From: Christensenella sp. UBA3217
GTDB lineage: Bacteria > Bacillota > Clostridia > Christensenellales > CAG-1252
Length of the DNA: 64,000 bases
Assembly (NCBI GenBank): GCA_002363545.1
Contig: DEWF01000010.1
Coordinates: 80,412-144,411, forward strand
Reading direction: 5' to 3'
The translations under genes were made by a program, and so were the position numbers. A model generated the notes under the pieces. That model was not told where the DNA came from and ran no database searches. It saw only the letters and a program-made list of their open reading frames with translations. Within the stretch, counting starts at the first letter, position 1. Every line of letters starts with the position of its first letter. Positions 63,915-64,000 of this stretch are shown here, one piece after another.

Positions 63915-64000
63915 ATGTCTGAAAATCAATTGGTTTTGTTATCAAAAGCATTTGCAGTTGAAATTATTAACACTTGTGATATCATAAAAGAGAGAAAGAG
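63915..64000 (+). CDS. Four-helix-bundle protein (23S rRNA IVS / Avd-like family), 3' end beyond window
   Basis: AAAGGAG RBS. MSENQLVLLSKAFAVEIINTCDIIKERK matches the typical N-terminal helix (K.FA..I....K.L) of this family. Confidence 0.55.
   Translation, partial: MSENQLVLLSKAFAVEIINTCDIIKERK

Noticed and set aside
63915-64000. Calling a diversity-generating retroelement on the basis of the Avd-like four-helix-bundle gene.
   Set aside because: No reverse transcriptase, template repeat or variable repeat is visible within the window. The gene is truncated after 28 codons, so this stays a hypothesis under the finding.

Overview
The window looks like a chromosomal segment from a spore-forming Firmicutes/Clostridia-type bacterium. 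The taxonomic markers are gpr, whiA, hprK with a Crh-like HPr, cdaA, an ECF RibU behind an FMN riboswitch, and several lipoproteins with L-x-x-C lipoboxes. Most of the 64 kb is housekeeping and mainly on the + strand. It includes relA, hflX, dut, rpsT, gpr, murI, ppa, a glpA-like/DUF1667 trio, holA, cdaA, lysC, a ROK glucokinase, ybaK, a MacB-type ABC pair, rpmE, prmC, prfA, thrC, trpS, uvrC, hprK, murB, whiA, dnaE, pfkA, pfp and rlmD, plus one tRNA-Leu(CAA). I see no complete known mobile element, CRISPR array or recognisable defence system.

The observations worth a second look are these:
1. A family of structured intergenic repeats sits at 12.8 kb and in three copies at 24.2-24.7 kb, with compensatory stem changes between loci.
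2. An 80-bp tandem repeat lies next to the 12.8 kb copy.
3. Tandem ~160-bp units downstream of tRNA-Leu each regenerate the last 18 nt of the tRNA and its terminator.
4. An accessory-looking block at 44.4-49.4 kb holds an ArsR regulator, an unannotated 56-aa Cys-tailed membrane peptide and two AATGCGG heptamer arrays. It also holds an XRE repressor with a palindromic operator inside the promoter of a 1247-aa lipoprotein (tail-fibre-like repeats, collagen-like tract, BspA-type LRR, 800 aa unknown).
5. Two domain fusions are present: a RadC-like JAB domain on HflX, and DUF1385 fused to PrmC.
6. A conserved-unknown trio runs DUF5685, an HPD-less J-like Cys-rich protein, then a membrane protein.
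7. Four genes show promoter-to-ATG spacing typical of leaderless mRNAs.
8. A convergent ATGAATTG array lies in front of a truncated four-helix-bundle (Avd/23S-IVS family) gene at the right edge.

All functional calls rest on motifs read by eye. No database search was run.
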